Source: Dicyema japonicum (lineage: Eukaryota; Animalia; Dicyemida). From it: a stretch of 64,000 bases of DNA. The stretch covers positions 1,364,240 through 1,428,239 of the forward strand of contig RDEW01000011.1 in assembly GCA_011109175.1 (NCBI GenBank), in the 5' to 3' direction. The notes beneath the pieces were generated by a model. That model was not told the origin of the DNA. It saw only the letters and a list, made by a program, of their open reading frames with translations, and ran no database searches. The translations under genes were made by a program, and so were the position numbers. Shown in pieces: positions 24,763 to 40,099 of the stretch (its first letter is position 1; the number at the start of each line of letters is the position of its first letter).

Positions 24763-25989
24763 CAGTCGGACCTCGATTTGGAACACTGTTGGACGTTATC
24801 GGGAGTTTCCTTGATGATGATAACACAAACTTATTCGTCTCCTATTGTCTAATACTGAATTAACTGTACGGGTTGGGAACACGACATCGATGTTTTTCGG
24901 GGCAACAGTTGGAATACCTCAGGGGACTCTCTATTTGTCGTATACCTGGAGGCGGCACTGAGAGCTCTTAGAACAAAATGTGAAGGATGCATGCCGATGG
25001 AGATTATAATGCAGATGACATAGATTTTGTATCAGAAAATGATCAGAAACTTGGACTTTTTAGAGGAAATCCCCAAAGAATTTATGAATTGGTCTTTGCG
25101 AGTTAATCAGGAAACGATGAAAGTTGAAAAAAACGAGGAATCACGGGGGAATTAAAATATATTGAAAAAGTTGAAAAAAAGGAAATTGGCATCCTTACTT
25201 GGTGATAGTGAGGACATGATGTATAGGATAGTTCTAACCACTGCCATGTATAAGAAAATGCAGAAGATATGTAGTCGACGAAAACTAATAAAAACAAACC
25301 TAAGAATAAGGCTATGCAACTCGTATATAAAGCCGGTGTTTATGTACAACTCGGGTCATGGGGATATTTCATCATAGATTTCTTCCTCGTAATAATTTCT
25401 GATACTTTTTCATCGCTTTTATCATTAAGGATTCAAAAATTGGACAATTTCATTAACACGTGACACATTCATCAATTTCATCGCAAAACATGAATTTTTG
25501 TCACCCGTTTTTGTCTTTTTTAATGTTTTTACCACCACCCATTTGATGCCTTAAAAGTCTCAAAACGTAATCTATGTGCAATGCTTAAACCAAAGAGTCA
25601 ATATGGAGATTATCAGTTTTTAAATGAGTGAGCCTGACTTGGACATTTTGCAGTCTCAAGTGCTGAAATAATCTGAGAATCTTTGAATCCGACAATTTAG
25701 AAGAGTATTCTTTCTTCTAATTGGGTTCAGTCATTGATAGAAGTTCCCACCAATCACAAGTGACCTATTATCTTTTTTTATTCGAGCTATAGTTACAATG
25801 CTCGTTCATAACTTTTGTGCTAAGAATCCGTGAGAATAGATTTTTTTGATGAGAGAAAAGCTTTTTCAAAATTTTTTGGTATTTTAGGCTCATTTGAGGT
25901 TTTTATCTAAAATTGTCTTTTCACTCCAACCGAGTGTTGAGGGTGTTTCAGAAACCAAAGTAAGGTTTCCCCGAATCAAGGTCGGACTG
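24763..25989 (-). mobile_element. pogo/Tigger TIR-bounded element containing an RTE-like RT fragment
   Basis: TA-flanked inverted ends CAGTCGGACCTCGATT / CAGTCCGACCTTGATT; minus-strand FKASNGW (CENP-B HTH); plus-strand GIPQGDS, ADD and RIRLCNSYIKPVFMYN at ~24780-25377. Confidence 0.65.
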
Positions 25990-26693
25990 TAATAAGGCTA
26001 TTTCTGACCTAAATTTATTTATTTCTGGTTAGTTTCAACTAAGTATTTAATTAGCTCTAATTTTGTGAATATAGGTCAAATAATGGGGTTTTGTAAAACT
26101 TGAGATATTGCTGAGTATAGTGGGGATCACGTCAGAAGAGGAAGGAAATTGGAATGAGCTTAGTCTCTCGGAATCCATGACCGAGCAAACCTTAGTAATG
26201 ATGATTTCTTAAGTGGTTTTATAGGCGGGCTCCTGTAGGTAAGCCAGGTTAAGTTTCTGTGGAGTTATTTGAGTGATTTTTTCTTGTGATATATTCACGG
26301 TCACCTAAGAGCGTACCTAAGTTCCTAATGAGTATTTGCTAGTACTTCAATTGTTATTTCTGATCTTGAATTCTCCTTTGGGGACCATTCAGTTAATTCC
26401 ATTGGAATCACTCCCAGTTGATGAGTGAGACCTTCCAAGGCATCTATATAGCCTCTTTGGAAGCATGCACAGGATAGACATAGATTTTTCAGTAAATGTG
26501 CTCATAGAACAATAATTCTTGTCTAAAATATCTTAAGGAAGGACCTGCTCTTGATGAGCTTCTGTCATGTTCACGCCATCGTGAAAGTTTGTTGATCACA
26601 AAATTAACGGTGGATTATGTCCTAACGTTTGTTACAATCAAAATGAGAACTGCTAGGACTATAATGCTAGGAATTGATATAAAGTAACTAGGT

Positions 26694-27746
26694 CAGGAAT
26701 TTCAAACACGCGGCCTTTTGCAATCAGACATGCGCACAAAGCATTGTTGACGACATTGGACGCTTATTCTCCCATCATTAAGAGACACAAGAGAAAACCA
26801 GTGGATTTATGTCAATGGGGTCAAATTGAGAGGTCGCGGCGAGGTCAAGGACATTCACACGCTTTAACTTTACGCTCGCCCTTATATACGAACGTTCCAA
26901 TTCAGTCAACTGCTAAAAGCCATGTTCCATTCTATACAGCAGTCCGTTGGTTGTGCACACAAAGTACTTGTATTAGCTGAGACCATAAATCGCTTTATTT
27001 TTTAGATGAAAGGCAAAACAGAGATGAAATAAAAAATGAAAATTGGATCCAGGATCTAGGTTCGCGGTAGGCATTACTGCATATTTGAGGATCTGAATTT
27101 GAAATTACAAGCCAAAAACAAATCATCACTCACTTGTATGACGACATCATCACAAAACTAAGCTTATGGAAGTCACGTGAAAATTTTGTTTATTTTCCTA
27201 ACTGCAAAGAACTCAAACCCATGCCAATTCTGAATTTGTACTTACATATCTCGAAGTGGGGGTACCTGGCGTCTATTCATACCTTCCTGAAAAGGTTACA
27301 AACTTGAGAAAGTTTTCAACGAGGATTATGGCAATGTTCGGTTCCACCTATGTGTGCGAACAGTTGTTTTCCTCCATGAAATCAGCAAAACCTTCTCAGA
27401 GAATAAGACTGAATGATGAACACTTGTCATCTTAGCCCGCAGACTGCCCATGAAGAAATGATCTTTAAGCTACGCAAACCAAATGGTTGGCGATCAAACA
27501 TCATGGCTAAGGTTGAGCTTCTGTTATTGTGTATCAGCATTCTCCACTCCGTTTACAAAGTTTATTAGCAAGAGAAGAATTTTATTCTTTACCTGAACTC
27601 TTTAAGTTACTCCCGATCAACTGAGTTAAATTTTTTTACATCCACCCACATTGACTTCAACTCATTGCCATGTTGCTAGCTCAAACACTCGTTAATAGAA
27701 CCGAACATTGCCATAATCCTCGTTGAAAACTTGTTTTTGCCCCCTG
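26694..27746 (+). mobile_element. hAT (SPIN/GTF2IRD2-like) remnant
   Basis: Left end CAGGAATTTCAAACACGCGGCC, right end TTGCCCCCTG; MAMFGSTYVCEQLFSSMK...RLNDEHL dimerisation motif; no matching TSD. Confidence 0.7.
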
Positions 27747-28269
27747 ACATGCCTCATAGTACCAAGTTGATTAGTAAATAGGAACCCGTTTATATCTACA
27801 ATTTTTGACTTCATTCGGCACCATTAATTTGTATAACATGGATCTGTTCGATTATGTGAGAAATAGTCCTAAAGTGCATGGATCATTCATATAATGCTCC
27901 CTATTCTAAAGCTCCTGTCTCTACCCATATCGAGCTAAAAATTTCAGAACGAAATCGCCGTCGGGAAAACTAAGACGGTGTCTGGATTGTGTGAATCGAA
28001 AATTTCTAAACAGAAGAATACGAGTTACTCAGAGGACTATGGATTTCTTATTTAAAGAAGTAGTCAATAAAAATGGAGGACTGCCCATATAACTATCGCT
28101 ATGTCTTGGTCTTTAATAAAAATATTGTGTCACCTTAGTTACACATGACATTACGGTTACAATAAAATAAACTTTACAGGACTTGATCTCTTTTTTTCTT
28201 TTTTAATTTATTAAGCCAATTAAAGACAAAAATTAACAGTTAGCAATTACTGGCTTCTCTCATAATCGA

Positions 28270-29630
28270 GAACGCTTTATCCTGACGATTTGCAAGGAAA
28301 TACTCTCAATTACCCAATTTTCTAACACTAAGTGCTCTACAAAAACCGGGCAAAGCTAAAGGCCCCTTAATGAATTTAAGACCATCGTACTATTGACGAC
28401 TCTACGCAAGACACTATCACTTAGAGTGTTGAATAGGATTGGACCTGACATTGAGAACTTTCTCTCTCACGGTCAAAGCGGATTCAGGTCAGGGAGATCT
28501 ACAGCTGATGTGGTTTGGAGACATTGATAGCTATGTGTAACACATCAAAAGTACAAGGGGGCTACTGGCATCCTTGGCATGGACATGTCCAAAGCCTTTG
28601 ACTATATACACAGATGGAGACTTTTTGATATCTTAGAGAATCTGGTTGACGAGGACAGTGTCAGAATGATCCGTCTATTACTTGGAACAACACAGTTAAA
28701 TGTACGTTTTGGAAATTTGGAGTCTGTCCCATTCGAGACAACGTTCGGGGTACCGCAGGGAGATTCCTTGTCACCAGTATTTTTTGTGACATATCTGGAG
28801 GCGGTACTCAGAGACTTCAGACTATTAATTGGCGATCTACCTCAAACTGAAGTGATTATTCAGATGATATCGACTATATATCCAGCGACGAGAAAACATT
28901 AAACTATATACGGACAAGGATGCCAAATGTCCTAGAAGGTTCATCAAACTCAATACGGAAAAGACGGAGACAACAACCATACGCCGTGAACTAACCCGAA
29001 CTGATGAAAAATTGAGATACTGTAAAAAATTGGGGTCGTTGCTCGGAGACGCTGAGGACATCACTAACAGAAAAATATTGGCCGTCGCCTTTAGACAAAT
29101 GGGAGTAGTCTGAAATCATCGTAAACAAATTAGCACACAATTACGTGTAAGACTATACAATGCCTTCGTGAAACCAGTCCTAATGTACAACGCTGCAACC
29201 TGGGGTGTCTCAGAAGCGGTAATGGACAAACTAGATGCCTTCCATCGCAAACAACTCCGACTGTTGCTTGGCATCAACTGGCCAAAAAAATTACAAACAA
29301 AAATCTATACAAAATATGTAATGCAAGACCATTGAGTCTGGATATCCTTGAATCAAGATGGTGTCTATTTGGTCACATCCTTTGGATGAGCCAGATGACT
29401 CCTGCTAGAATAGCAATGGATAACTATTTCTGCCCAGAAGTGAATACCTCGTTCCGTGGAAGACCTCGCATAACTTTGCCAGAGATTCTACACAAGGACC
29501 TGACCAATGTAAGACGAAAGCTGAAAACAGGAGATGATTGGATACGCTCAGAATAATTGCCAGTAACAGTGGAGCATGTAGGAAGTTAGTTAAGAGAATT
29601 GTGGGAGAAAGAATAACCTAAAGAAAAATA
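28270..29630 (+). mobile_element. RTE-like non-LTR retrotransposon RT and C-terminus
   Basis: QSGFRSGRST, DMSKAFD, GVPQGDSLSP, YSDD, RLYNAFVKPVLMYNAATW, LFGHIL, FRGRPRITLP. Confidence 0.85.
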
Positions 29631-30549
29631 GCGGAACCTTAATTAAATAAATTACTTTTTGGTTCTTCGAAAGTTTTATTAATAATAAGTGCAATCACGG
29701 TAAAAGAGTCTACGATTAAACTCAAACTGTTCGTTCTGGAGCACCTGGCTTCCTTCATAAGCGTACAATTTTTTCCTACATAGCAAAATAGACTCTTCTA
29801 CCTCTGACTCGACTCTAGTAACTTTGTTAACGTCCCATTTATTTGTCCAGTGGTTTTTTAGCATAGACCGCACCAAGGGAGGTGATTTCCCTTTGATCCC
29901 ACATCTCAATGAGGTGATATAGTAAGAATATTAAAGGACAAGAGGCGTATAAATATCAGTATATTGGAAACTCTAAAGTTACTTGTATCAAATGAGACAA
30001 AAAACAGTTGTGGAGAGAATGAAAAAAAGAACAAGTTGAATCTGAAACAGTAACATCTGAAAGGAAGATGGCAACCTTGGTTTTTGAGGAGTCAAGACAA
30101 AGGTACCGTTGCTACTTCTCTAAATGTGATCTTAATAAAGGAGAGTCTTAATATGAAGGAGTTGGTCAAACTGGAAAGATACTGTGATTAAAAGACCAGC
30201 GTGACTCCACATTGATAGCTGTCTCCTTAATAATTCTTTGAACCCTCCCGGTATGGCCCAGTATGGAAACAAAGTCGTCAGTTGAAAGCCCTTTATTCAA
30301 AACTGAACTTATTCTGTAGACATATGAGCCCGTACTGCAAAAAAGTGTAATCTGTGTAACATTTAGCAACTGAGGAAAATGATCAACTACAACTAGACAT
30401 AATGAGGTTATCCACGTACTTTTGTGCATCAACTATGGGGTATCACATTCTAGACTGTTACGGACTCATAAAGTGAAGTCTGCTGTTTGTAAAATTTTTG
30501 ATAAGGGAACAGTAATCGACACATCAGTTCAATGCTTTCAATACAATAG

Positions 30550-31440
30550 CATTCGCAGTGATGAAATCAGAGACTAGTGTTTCCAAGATCCCGGAATTTA
30601 GCAGGATGGTGAAACTCTCATATGGTTCTCCATACACAATTATCTTCGGACAACACACATCGAATCCAAGACTGGAGTCTAACAGAAAAACCCTAATAAA
30701 AAACGAGACTGGGACCAATTTTTATGCTCAAATACTATTGATGAGAAAAAACCTGTACTTGATCAGCATCGTCTGACTTGTCTGGCTTCTGCATCGACGA
30801 ACGAAAGTGATGCCTGGCTCAGAGCATTACCATGCACCTCACTTGGGATACTATTGGATGACGACGCCAGGAGAATTAGGGTTTCCGCCTCCCTCAGAAT
30901 AGATGTTTGCACGATCCATCGCTGTAGATGTGGTAGAATGGTCAACGCGAAAGATCTTGACGCTCTTTCCTGCGAAAGAGTGCTGGAAGGAGTCCAAGAC
31001 ACGCCTCCTGTCCGATTGGAGCCGCTTGGATTTGCCCCAGCCAACCAATGACCGGACGGAACTACTCTTTTATCATGGGAAAGAGGTAGATACCTTGTCT
31101 GGGACGCCACATGTGTGGATAGCCTCTCTCCCTCCAACAGCAGCTAACCCAGGTTTTGCTTCAGAAAAGGCTGAGACCATAAAGATGATGAAATACGAAT
31201 GTCTCGGTGGACAGCTCATTTTTTAACCAGTCACCGTGGAAACTTTAGTAATCAAAGGAACCAAGTCATCGACCCTAATAAACAGAATCAGATTGGTCAT
31301 CGCAAAGAAAAAATAATAGAAGAGAACATTTCTTTACAAATCGTCAGGGGAAATGCGTTCTCAATTCTGAGCGAAGCCATGGATTGCTAAGTGTTAGTTT
31401 TAGTTTTTAATATTTAAAAATAAAAAAAATTATTTAAAAA
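30550..31440 (+). mobile_element. CRE-like element 3' part (zinc finger and restriction-like endonuclease)
   Basis: ESDAWLRALPCTSLG, HRCRCG, [24 protein letters not shown], ISLQIVRGNAFSIL; A-rich tail. Confidence 0.75.
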
Positions 31441-31559
31441 AATGAATGTTATAAACGGGAATCTATTCCCCGTGACTGGTTCTATAATGTGATTGCTTTT
31501 TGTCAATTAAGTCAAAAATTCATATGTTCTTTAAAATTTTTTTTGTAGATAAATTTATT

Positions 31560-32632
31560 TTGGTCAAAAAATAAGTTAGTTAGTTGCCGCCCTCACTGCA
31601 TGGCTGTTCCCTCTCAGAATTGCGAGCGAAATTGAGATCTCCAGTGCATGAAGTGATCCGATTTTCAAGACGTCGGAAAAACTTGAGTGTAGATGGGGAG
31701 TAGGATCCGGAAGTCTCCATAGTAAGGGGAACAAATTTGACATTATCGGGAAGGTTGACGTATTTTTCGAGTTTGGCCTTCTCCGCCTTGACCGGCTGCA
31801 GAGCAGGCCCTCGAAGCGCACTCGTGAAGATTGTTCGGGGCGAACGTGTCTGTACATGTCACGTCCCGAACAAGTGGTTTCCCGGCCTCAAAGGAAATAT
31901 GGTCATCCCGTCCGGTCGTTTTCCGTCACTTCTGCATAATCCGACCGGTTCAAGAATGGCCGAGTATCCAGCAGCATCCATAGCCCGCTTGACAATCTCA
32001 TTCAGAGCCTTGTGCCTTGAGATCTGCCAGCGCTCCTTTTGCAGGCGAGAGGGTGCAGGCCATAGCAGTCTATCAGGATGCCACATCGGCACGGGTGAAG
32101 TACACATACTTTTAGTCCCAGTCGCAGAGAGATACCACTTCTAACGCATTCATCAGTCAGAAAGGTGCCAAGAACTCCATTTGGGATGGCGTTTAGCCAA
32201 GCTCAGCTCTCAGGGGAAGCCCCCGAAAGCAAACAAGCGCGTCGGTGCTGATTGACTGATTCCAGTAGGAGTCAAATGATTTCCAATATAATAAATTGTC
32301 CAGGTTTCGCTGGCAGTCTTGTGAAGGAGGCAGGGGGAGGTTGGTGGCATTCTAGGCTTCTCGTGCGTGGGTTATGTCTTGGTCAATTGAGAATTCGGGT
32401 AGGGAGTGTAGAATCCTCCTGACCAAAGGTTCGCAGGCCGTGAGTAAAGACAGATGTGCAGGAAGTGAGACGTCCAAAGTACGACGGATTCCAAGATCCC
32501 TAAATCTAACTGTGAGTGTAGCTTGCTTCCATGTAGCATCGTCGAATTTGACATTAAATGTTTTCTCCGTCGAACTGAGGAAAATGCTCAAACTGCTCCA
32601 GCTGGGAATAGTACGGGGCTGTCCTGAGTAAA
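31560..32632 (-). mobile_element. CRE-like element 3' part
   Basis: YLLRTAP, WKQATL..RFRDLGIR, SRHKALNEIVKRA, EPVGLCRSDGKRPDGMTIFP, ISLAILRGNSHAV. Confidence 0.8.
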
Positions 32633-32639
32633 TAAGCGA

Positions 32640-33095
32640 TTCTTTGAATGTTAAGACTTCTTTTCTGACGGGATGACCCTTTTCCCTTCACGTCTGGAAG
32701 ATCTTTGGTCTGGGACGCAACTTGCATAGACACGTTCTCAAGCATGAACATTTTTAAATCTGTTCAGACACCTGGAGCAGCTGCTTCGACCGCGGAAAAC
32801 CTAAAAATCAAGAAATATTCTTGCCTCGGGGATCGCTACCGATTTACTCCTGTTGCGACCGAATCATCGGGAGCCGTTGGTCCAATGACGGCTGAATTCT
32901 TGCAAGAACTCGGAGGATTGCTTGCCAGAAAGAAAAGGGATCAACGAGAAGGGTTATGGCTAAGACAAAAGATTGGAATAGCCATACTCCGAGGAACTCG
33001 TTCGCAATCCACGCAGCAGGCTTCCTCAACTGACATTTGTTTAATTGTTAAAAAAATTTTTTATTTAAAAAAAAAAAAAAAAAAAAAATTTTATT
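32640..33095 (+). mobile_element. CRE-like element 3' end with poly(A)
   Basis: LVWDATCIDTFS, AENLKIKKY, TPVATESSG, WLRQKIGIAILRG; poly(A) at ~33067-33087. Confidence 0.8.
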
Positions 33096-33249
33096 AAACC
33101 TAAAACCGCACAGTTTTCAATGGAGTTGAAGGGAGCATAGATTGAATTCCGCCCACTACAGATGGATATCGCCTGGGAATACAAAAAATCAAAAACATAA
33201 AAGGAGCTGTTTTGAATGTAGAAAATCTGAGAAAAATAATCTAAGTTTG

Positions 33250-34293
33250 ATGATTTTGGTTCAACTATAATTGTTGTCTACTGCACGTCGTAGGAGTTGA
33301 TCCGGGAATAACGGAATCAAGAATAAACCAGATCAAGTACCTGTTTCGCATATTATTCGTCCACCTACGAAACAGTCTACTGTCGTAAATTCTCCATTAA
33401 TGTATCTCCTCATCACGCATCGCTTATCATTTTTACCGGGAGAAGACCACGTGAGATATGTCTGTATATTTAGGAATAAATATACAGTCAGATAATCCTC
33501 TACAGTCATGAAACGGTTGTTCGCCAGAAGTGAATGTTTTAAAAACCTTTTCTGGGAACAGTTCAATATTATAGAATACCGTGAACTGCACAATTTTCAA
33601 ATCCGTTTGGAATGAAAATATATCCGTTGTGTTAGCGACGACAGATCTGAGTTGAAGTCCCATAATCTCGATAGGCCTTATAGACATAGTTGGTGTGTGC
33701 CCGAAAGGTGAGCATGCTGTCGTAGGGGACTAAATATAATTGTAACTAAACTATTTATTATTTTGCCTGAAGTAATATTCAGTCCATTTGGAGAAATTTG
33801 GGCTGAAAATCAATCTGATTCTTACCATCTTCACAAATCCAATATCCTTTGTTATCCTCATCATCTGTCCTCCACAATCCATTAATTGCCATCATTGGAC
33901 TCCTTCCCATCCGAAGGGGCGAGGATCATTGGGATCCAGTTAGAATATGTCTTAGAATGTATATCATTAATACAATAATGGAATCTGTGTGTTCTACGTA
34001 AAATGCATCGGTATTTCTACCCATCCTATATACCCGAGTGTCTACACGATAACGCCTAAATAAGCGATATGTAACTTGCTATGGCATCACTCTCTTGTTG
34101 GTCTTCAATATAGATAGTATACACATCCACATCACCACAATATCACGACGACATTATATAAGAGTGTTTATTATGATTGTAGATCTGCCCAACCAATCTG
34201 CATCATTGAACGAAATTGCATCAACAGTCCAACTGAAGATAACTAAAATTTTTGTTTTGATTGAAACCTAATATTATCAGCCAAAAAGTCATT
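33250..34293 (-). pseudogene. Secreted protein with two divergent C-type lectin-like domains, disrupted
   Basis: Hydrophobic start MTFWLIIL; TYSNW.PNDP...MMAINGLWRTDD...YWICE and TYLTWSSPG..KRCVMRR..GEFTTVDC..RIICE; several tiny GT-AG introns; stops and frameshifts present. Confidence 0.5.
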
Positions 34294-35947
34294 TTCTATA
34301 ATATTTTAAATTTTCTTAAATACTAATTTTTATGGCATTTTTAGTGAACATTCTATTATTGAATTCTCTTTAGTAGTCAAAGACGTCTATTCCTTGAAAT
34401 TGTGGAAACCGTCTGTTAGTGACACCAATTCATCCTCTGATAGGTTTCAGAAGAGAGGTGGAGAAGTAGGTCTACCTTTTTCAATCCACTTTTTTTAATT
34501 TCCATCGTTCGGGAATTAACTATAAACTCCCTTGTGAACGAAAAGTCACAGCCATATTGAGATTACGACATTAGTGCAGTCACCACCTCAACCATACAAC
34601 AAACCAACCACTTAGCCAACTGTTAAGCTCATAAAATTCACAAATTATAGCAAATGATGTCATCGCAGAATTAAAGAGTGCAACCTGAAAAATCAACAGC
34701 AACGTCAACCTCATTTAGTGTCCCATTACATAAGCTCCAATAGTCCATCTAACCCTCTCCCTCTTTGAGACAATTTCCAATCTATGTCCCCTTAGAACGG
34801 TCCATGGACGTCATGGATCATCATAGAGTGTGAGGGATCCCGATAAGAACACTAATAGAAGATGAGGGGGATATTGGGAGATGCCAGGATCACCTAATGG
34901 TTATGTCTTTCTTGTTAAAGCTGCAGAGTCCCTCAAGTACTGAAAAAGATCACAAACTTTGAGACCCCCTAAAAGAAGAACTATGTGAATACAGGTAATG
35001 GATGGGAATGTTGGAAGAACACCGAAAATGTATTAAATCTGTGATGAGGAATGCCGAGGTCACATAACTAACAATGTACTCACATTAGTTATGTGACAAT
35101 GTACTCACATTTTAATAAATGGGATTATTGATATCCTTCAGAAAACACTAAATATTCAGACAAAGTTCTGAACCGAAATTGTTTTGTAGGCAAAATATAT
35201 TTTGAATTTACTTTAATCATCAAGAAAGTATAGTGATTAAAAATAACCGAGATACCATATGTCCTTTCTAAAGAGCCATTCTTGATTCTCATCCACGTCG
35301 GGTAGGACCTCCCCATCGTCGGTCTTGGGTCACTTAGTTTGGAATTTTCTCTTTTTCCTTTAACCCGGTGATCATGTGATAATAATTTTGCAAAGAAAAT
35401 TAAAAAAAGTAAGGAAAGGAACCTAAGCCAAGGGAATTATAAATAAGTCATCAAACACTGGCTTCTTGCATAAAGCATTGGACTTTTAATTAGCCAGTAA
35501 GATTTTTTATAGCCTTGGTTTCCTTTGATATCTACTAAAAGAGCAAGGAATTTATAGAGGCGGCTTTCGAAGATAGTCAGTTAAGTATTCATGCAAAATA
35601 TTAGAGATGAAGTTTATATGGGGTCACTTTTCGAAGTTTGATGTACCGATTTCTATGTAATTTATGGGTCTTAATTCAAATAAAGACACGTTCCAACCTT
35701 CACAAACGGTTATTCGGTCTAAATTACAGAGTCTCCTCTGTTATTGGCTAAAAGAAACGATAATTCTACCAAAAAATAATGATTCTTCACTTTCAGCCCT
35801 TCGACAGTGTAAACTTTATCTGCACAAAGTTACCAAAATTCGCTTATTACTAAATCAACTAAAACCTTATCTAACAACTTAAAAAGCAAAAAACAAAACA
35901 GCCAATAACGAAGGTATATTAAACAGAAAGAGGTAAGAATTAACTAA

Positions 35948-37341
<1,394 letters not shown>

Positions 37342-37459
37342 TTTCGTTTAAAGAACAAGAAGAGAATATTACTTGGAAACAAACACGAGTCTATTTGAAA
37401 ATTTGAATTTTTTTATTAAAATTAAATTAAAATTAATTTAAATTTTAATTCTAATAACC

Positions 37460-38520
37460 GACTATTTCTGATAAAAGGTGCACAACCCAATTGTGTTGAA
37501 ACTCAAAAGATCTATTTGTTTGTCAAGCTGTTCTACGAAGTTCAAGAACTATTCAAAGACAAACTGGATTGGTTTCAGCACGTTTGTGGAAAGTTGTTTA
37601 TCGGGCTTTCCTGTTGAAGACTTTCCTATTGACAAGGGAGCTCAGATATTAACCTAGATAACTGAGAGCCGACAGAATGTTTATCCCCCGATAGTCTTAC
37701 AAAAATATTCAATCCGAAACTATCTTCGAAAATCCTAGAACGTGTGGCACCTTCTAGAAGACACTGAGAAGTATCAACAGTCTTATAATCTAAGATGGCA
37801 GCGGATTGAAGCCGTACCCCTATTTCCTCTACCTGCAAGGTACCTTGAAATAATCTTATGAAATACTATGTGTCGATCAACCACAAGAATATCTCTCCCA
37901 CTTTGCATGTCAAACAATGTGGTCCACAACAGACGGCATATACTGCATTATTACTCCCTGTGATGTGGAAAAGACTATCAAATTTATACGACTCCTTTAA
38001 CGCGAAAACGCACTTACGGACGGCTTTGGTGTCTACGATATGCAGAAAGCCTTCCACTCCTAACAAAAAATATTCTATTTTTTCTACACGAATCCAGAAG
38101 ATCTTGAGTAACATTAGACTCTCTAATGACGTTATCCAGTCACATGGAGGAAGTGTTAATCAAAGAACTTCTAAAGTTGAACGTCCTAACGCTATTATAA
38201 AAAAGAGCCCCTTCTCACCTAAAACTTGTATCAGCAAACTTTATTTTAATTTATTGTTCCGACAATTGAATATGCCTGTTCTGCTTGGAAATTCCCTCTT
38301 CGAGGTCGAGTGTATAAACTCTCTCAGACGGAAGATCATGCGGGTAATCCTTAAAGCCTGCAGTGATAAGAGAAAATTGTACAAGAGTTTATAAATTGAA
38401 AATTGTGTACCACGAAAACTCATGCAATGAGAATTTGAAGTTCATATTAGAATAAACATCGTCAGCTATGAACTAAGTTTTAAAAAATTCTATCAGGATA
38501 ACTATATTCTTATCAGAAAT
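37460..38520 (+). mobile_element. Degenerate LINE APE/RT fragment
   Basis: RTALVS..CRKPST and a thumb region homologous to 40290-40500. Confidence 0.5.
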
Positions 38521-40099
38521 GTCTCTTATTAAAATGATGAAAAAATGGTGGGTGATTTAACAAAATATATAACAAAGCTGAAACCTAGAGAGAACATCCT
38601 AGGTGATGTTCATGTGGCTGTATTTGTTGATCAAAAACATGATGCCCATAATGTGAGGTTATATAAATGATGAAGTCATCGTTTTCCAATATATAATTTT
38701 TCCACATTTTCTTTGTTTAAACTCCTCTCTATGATCCTATTTTTAAATTCATCCAAAAATCAGTATTGTTCATTTTGGAAAAAGACTTAGAAATGTTACT
38801 TTTTTAAACAGCCATTTTATTGAACTATTTTATCATAGTGCTTTCCATCTTCAAATATCATTTTACATTATATGAGAATACAACAAATACCTCTCACTCT
38901 CTTCAAGGATAGTTTAGTCAAATCAATAATAAATTTATTGTATTTTCTCAGCAGAATAATATTTCATGAGTTTTGGTTTATTTACGTTTGACACAAACTC
39001 GCTTTCCAGACTCTATGATTATCAAACAAATAAGAATTTTACTCTTGGTGTCATAAAAAATCAAAACAGCAAGCAAAAAATTAAATTAATCAAATAAATC
39101 AGTATTATATTTCGAACTTATCATTAAAATTTAGAAATTTATTTTAAATATAAATTAAAATCCGAATTCTTAACTGTAAGCAAATTTTTCTGAGATAAAA
39201 GACGAGTGAAGGGTTTTGTTTGCAAATTAATAAAAATGTTTTCTTTAAAAAACAATCTCAGTTGGATGGAAGATTAATTTGATAAATGTTAATATATAAA
39301 GAAAAATTTAGTGACAAATAAATGAGCAACAAATCATTCAGAATAACCGATATTATGGGATGGGGGGTATATTCTAATTTAATGAGAAGGATGATAATAG
39401 ACAAAATGACGATAATTCTTCAAAATACACATCCTTTCGTTTATGTGACATTTTAGGATGGAATGTAATTTATTAGTAATTAAAGGAAAATAATAATTCT
39501 GCGGACAACAATCCACCAAATCCTTAAATAATTATCTCTAATCATTAAGCTCTAATAAATACTTTATTCACTTGACAATTCATAGCATCATTATTAAATC
39601 AACGTTATTATCTCAACAACCTTGTAATACGGGACAGTTACCTTAATCCATGGTTTAATGACCTATTCATATTGTGTTACACCACCACTTGATTGGTAAA
39701 TGATATGTCTTTTTTCACCTCAAACCATAGACTGAATGGCTGACTCGTAGTTTTAATTTTAAAAAAGTCAGGAACAGGAATTGATCCGTTGTTATCTGTC
39801 TGAAAGTTTTCAAAGTAGAAATGTAATTCCCTTTGTAATATTACTTTTTTAAATTATAATGGATCTTATAAAAGATTTTTTGTGTTTAATCTATTTATCT
39901 AAATTGAATTATTTGTCAGGACCTAGAGACCTCTCAATCGTAGCTAGGAAGATTTTTTGTGATGTGGACAAGACTATCAAATTTTTACGTTCCACCATAG
40001 CCTGTGGCCAGTCGGTGTCTGTGCTATTCACCTCAAGCATCTACGACTTCAAGCACATACCGTGTCATCGAGGCTATACAACTATTCTATCAATTCCCA

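Noticed and set aside
30166-30530. Possible Penelope-like RT/GIY-YIG remnant
   Set aside because: Motifs are too degenerate to support a call
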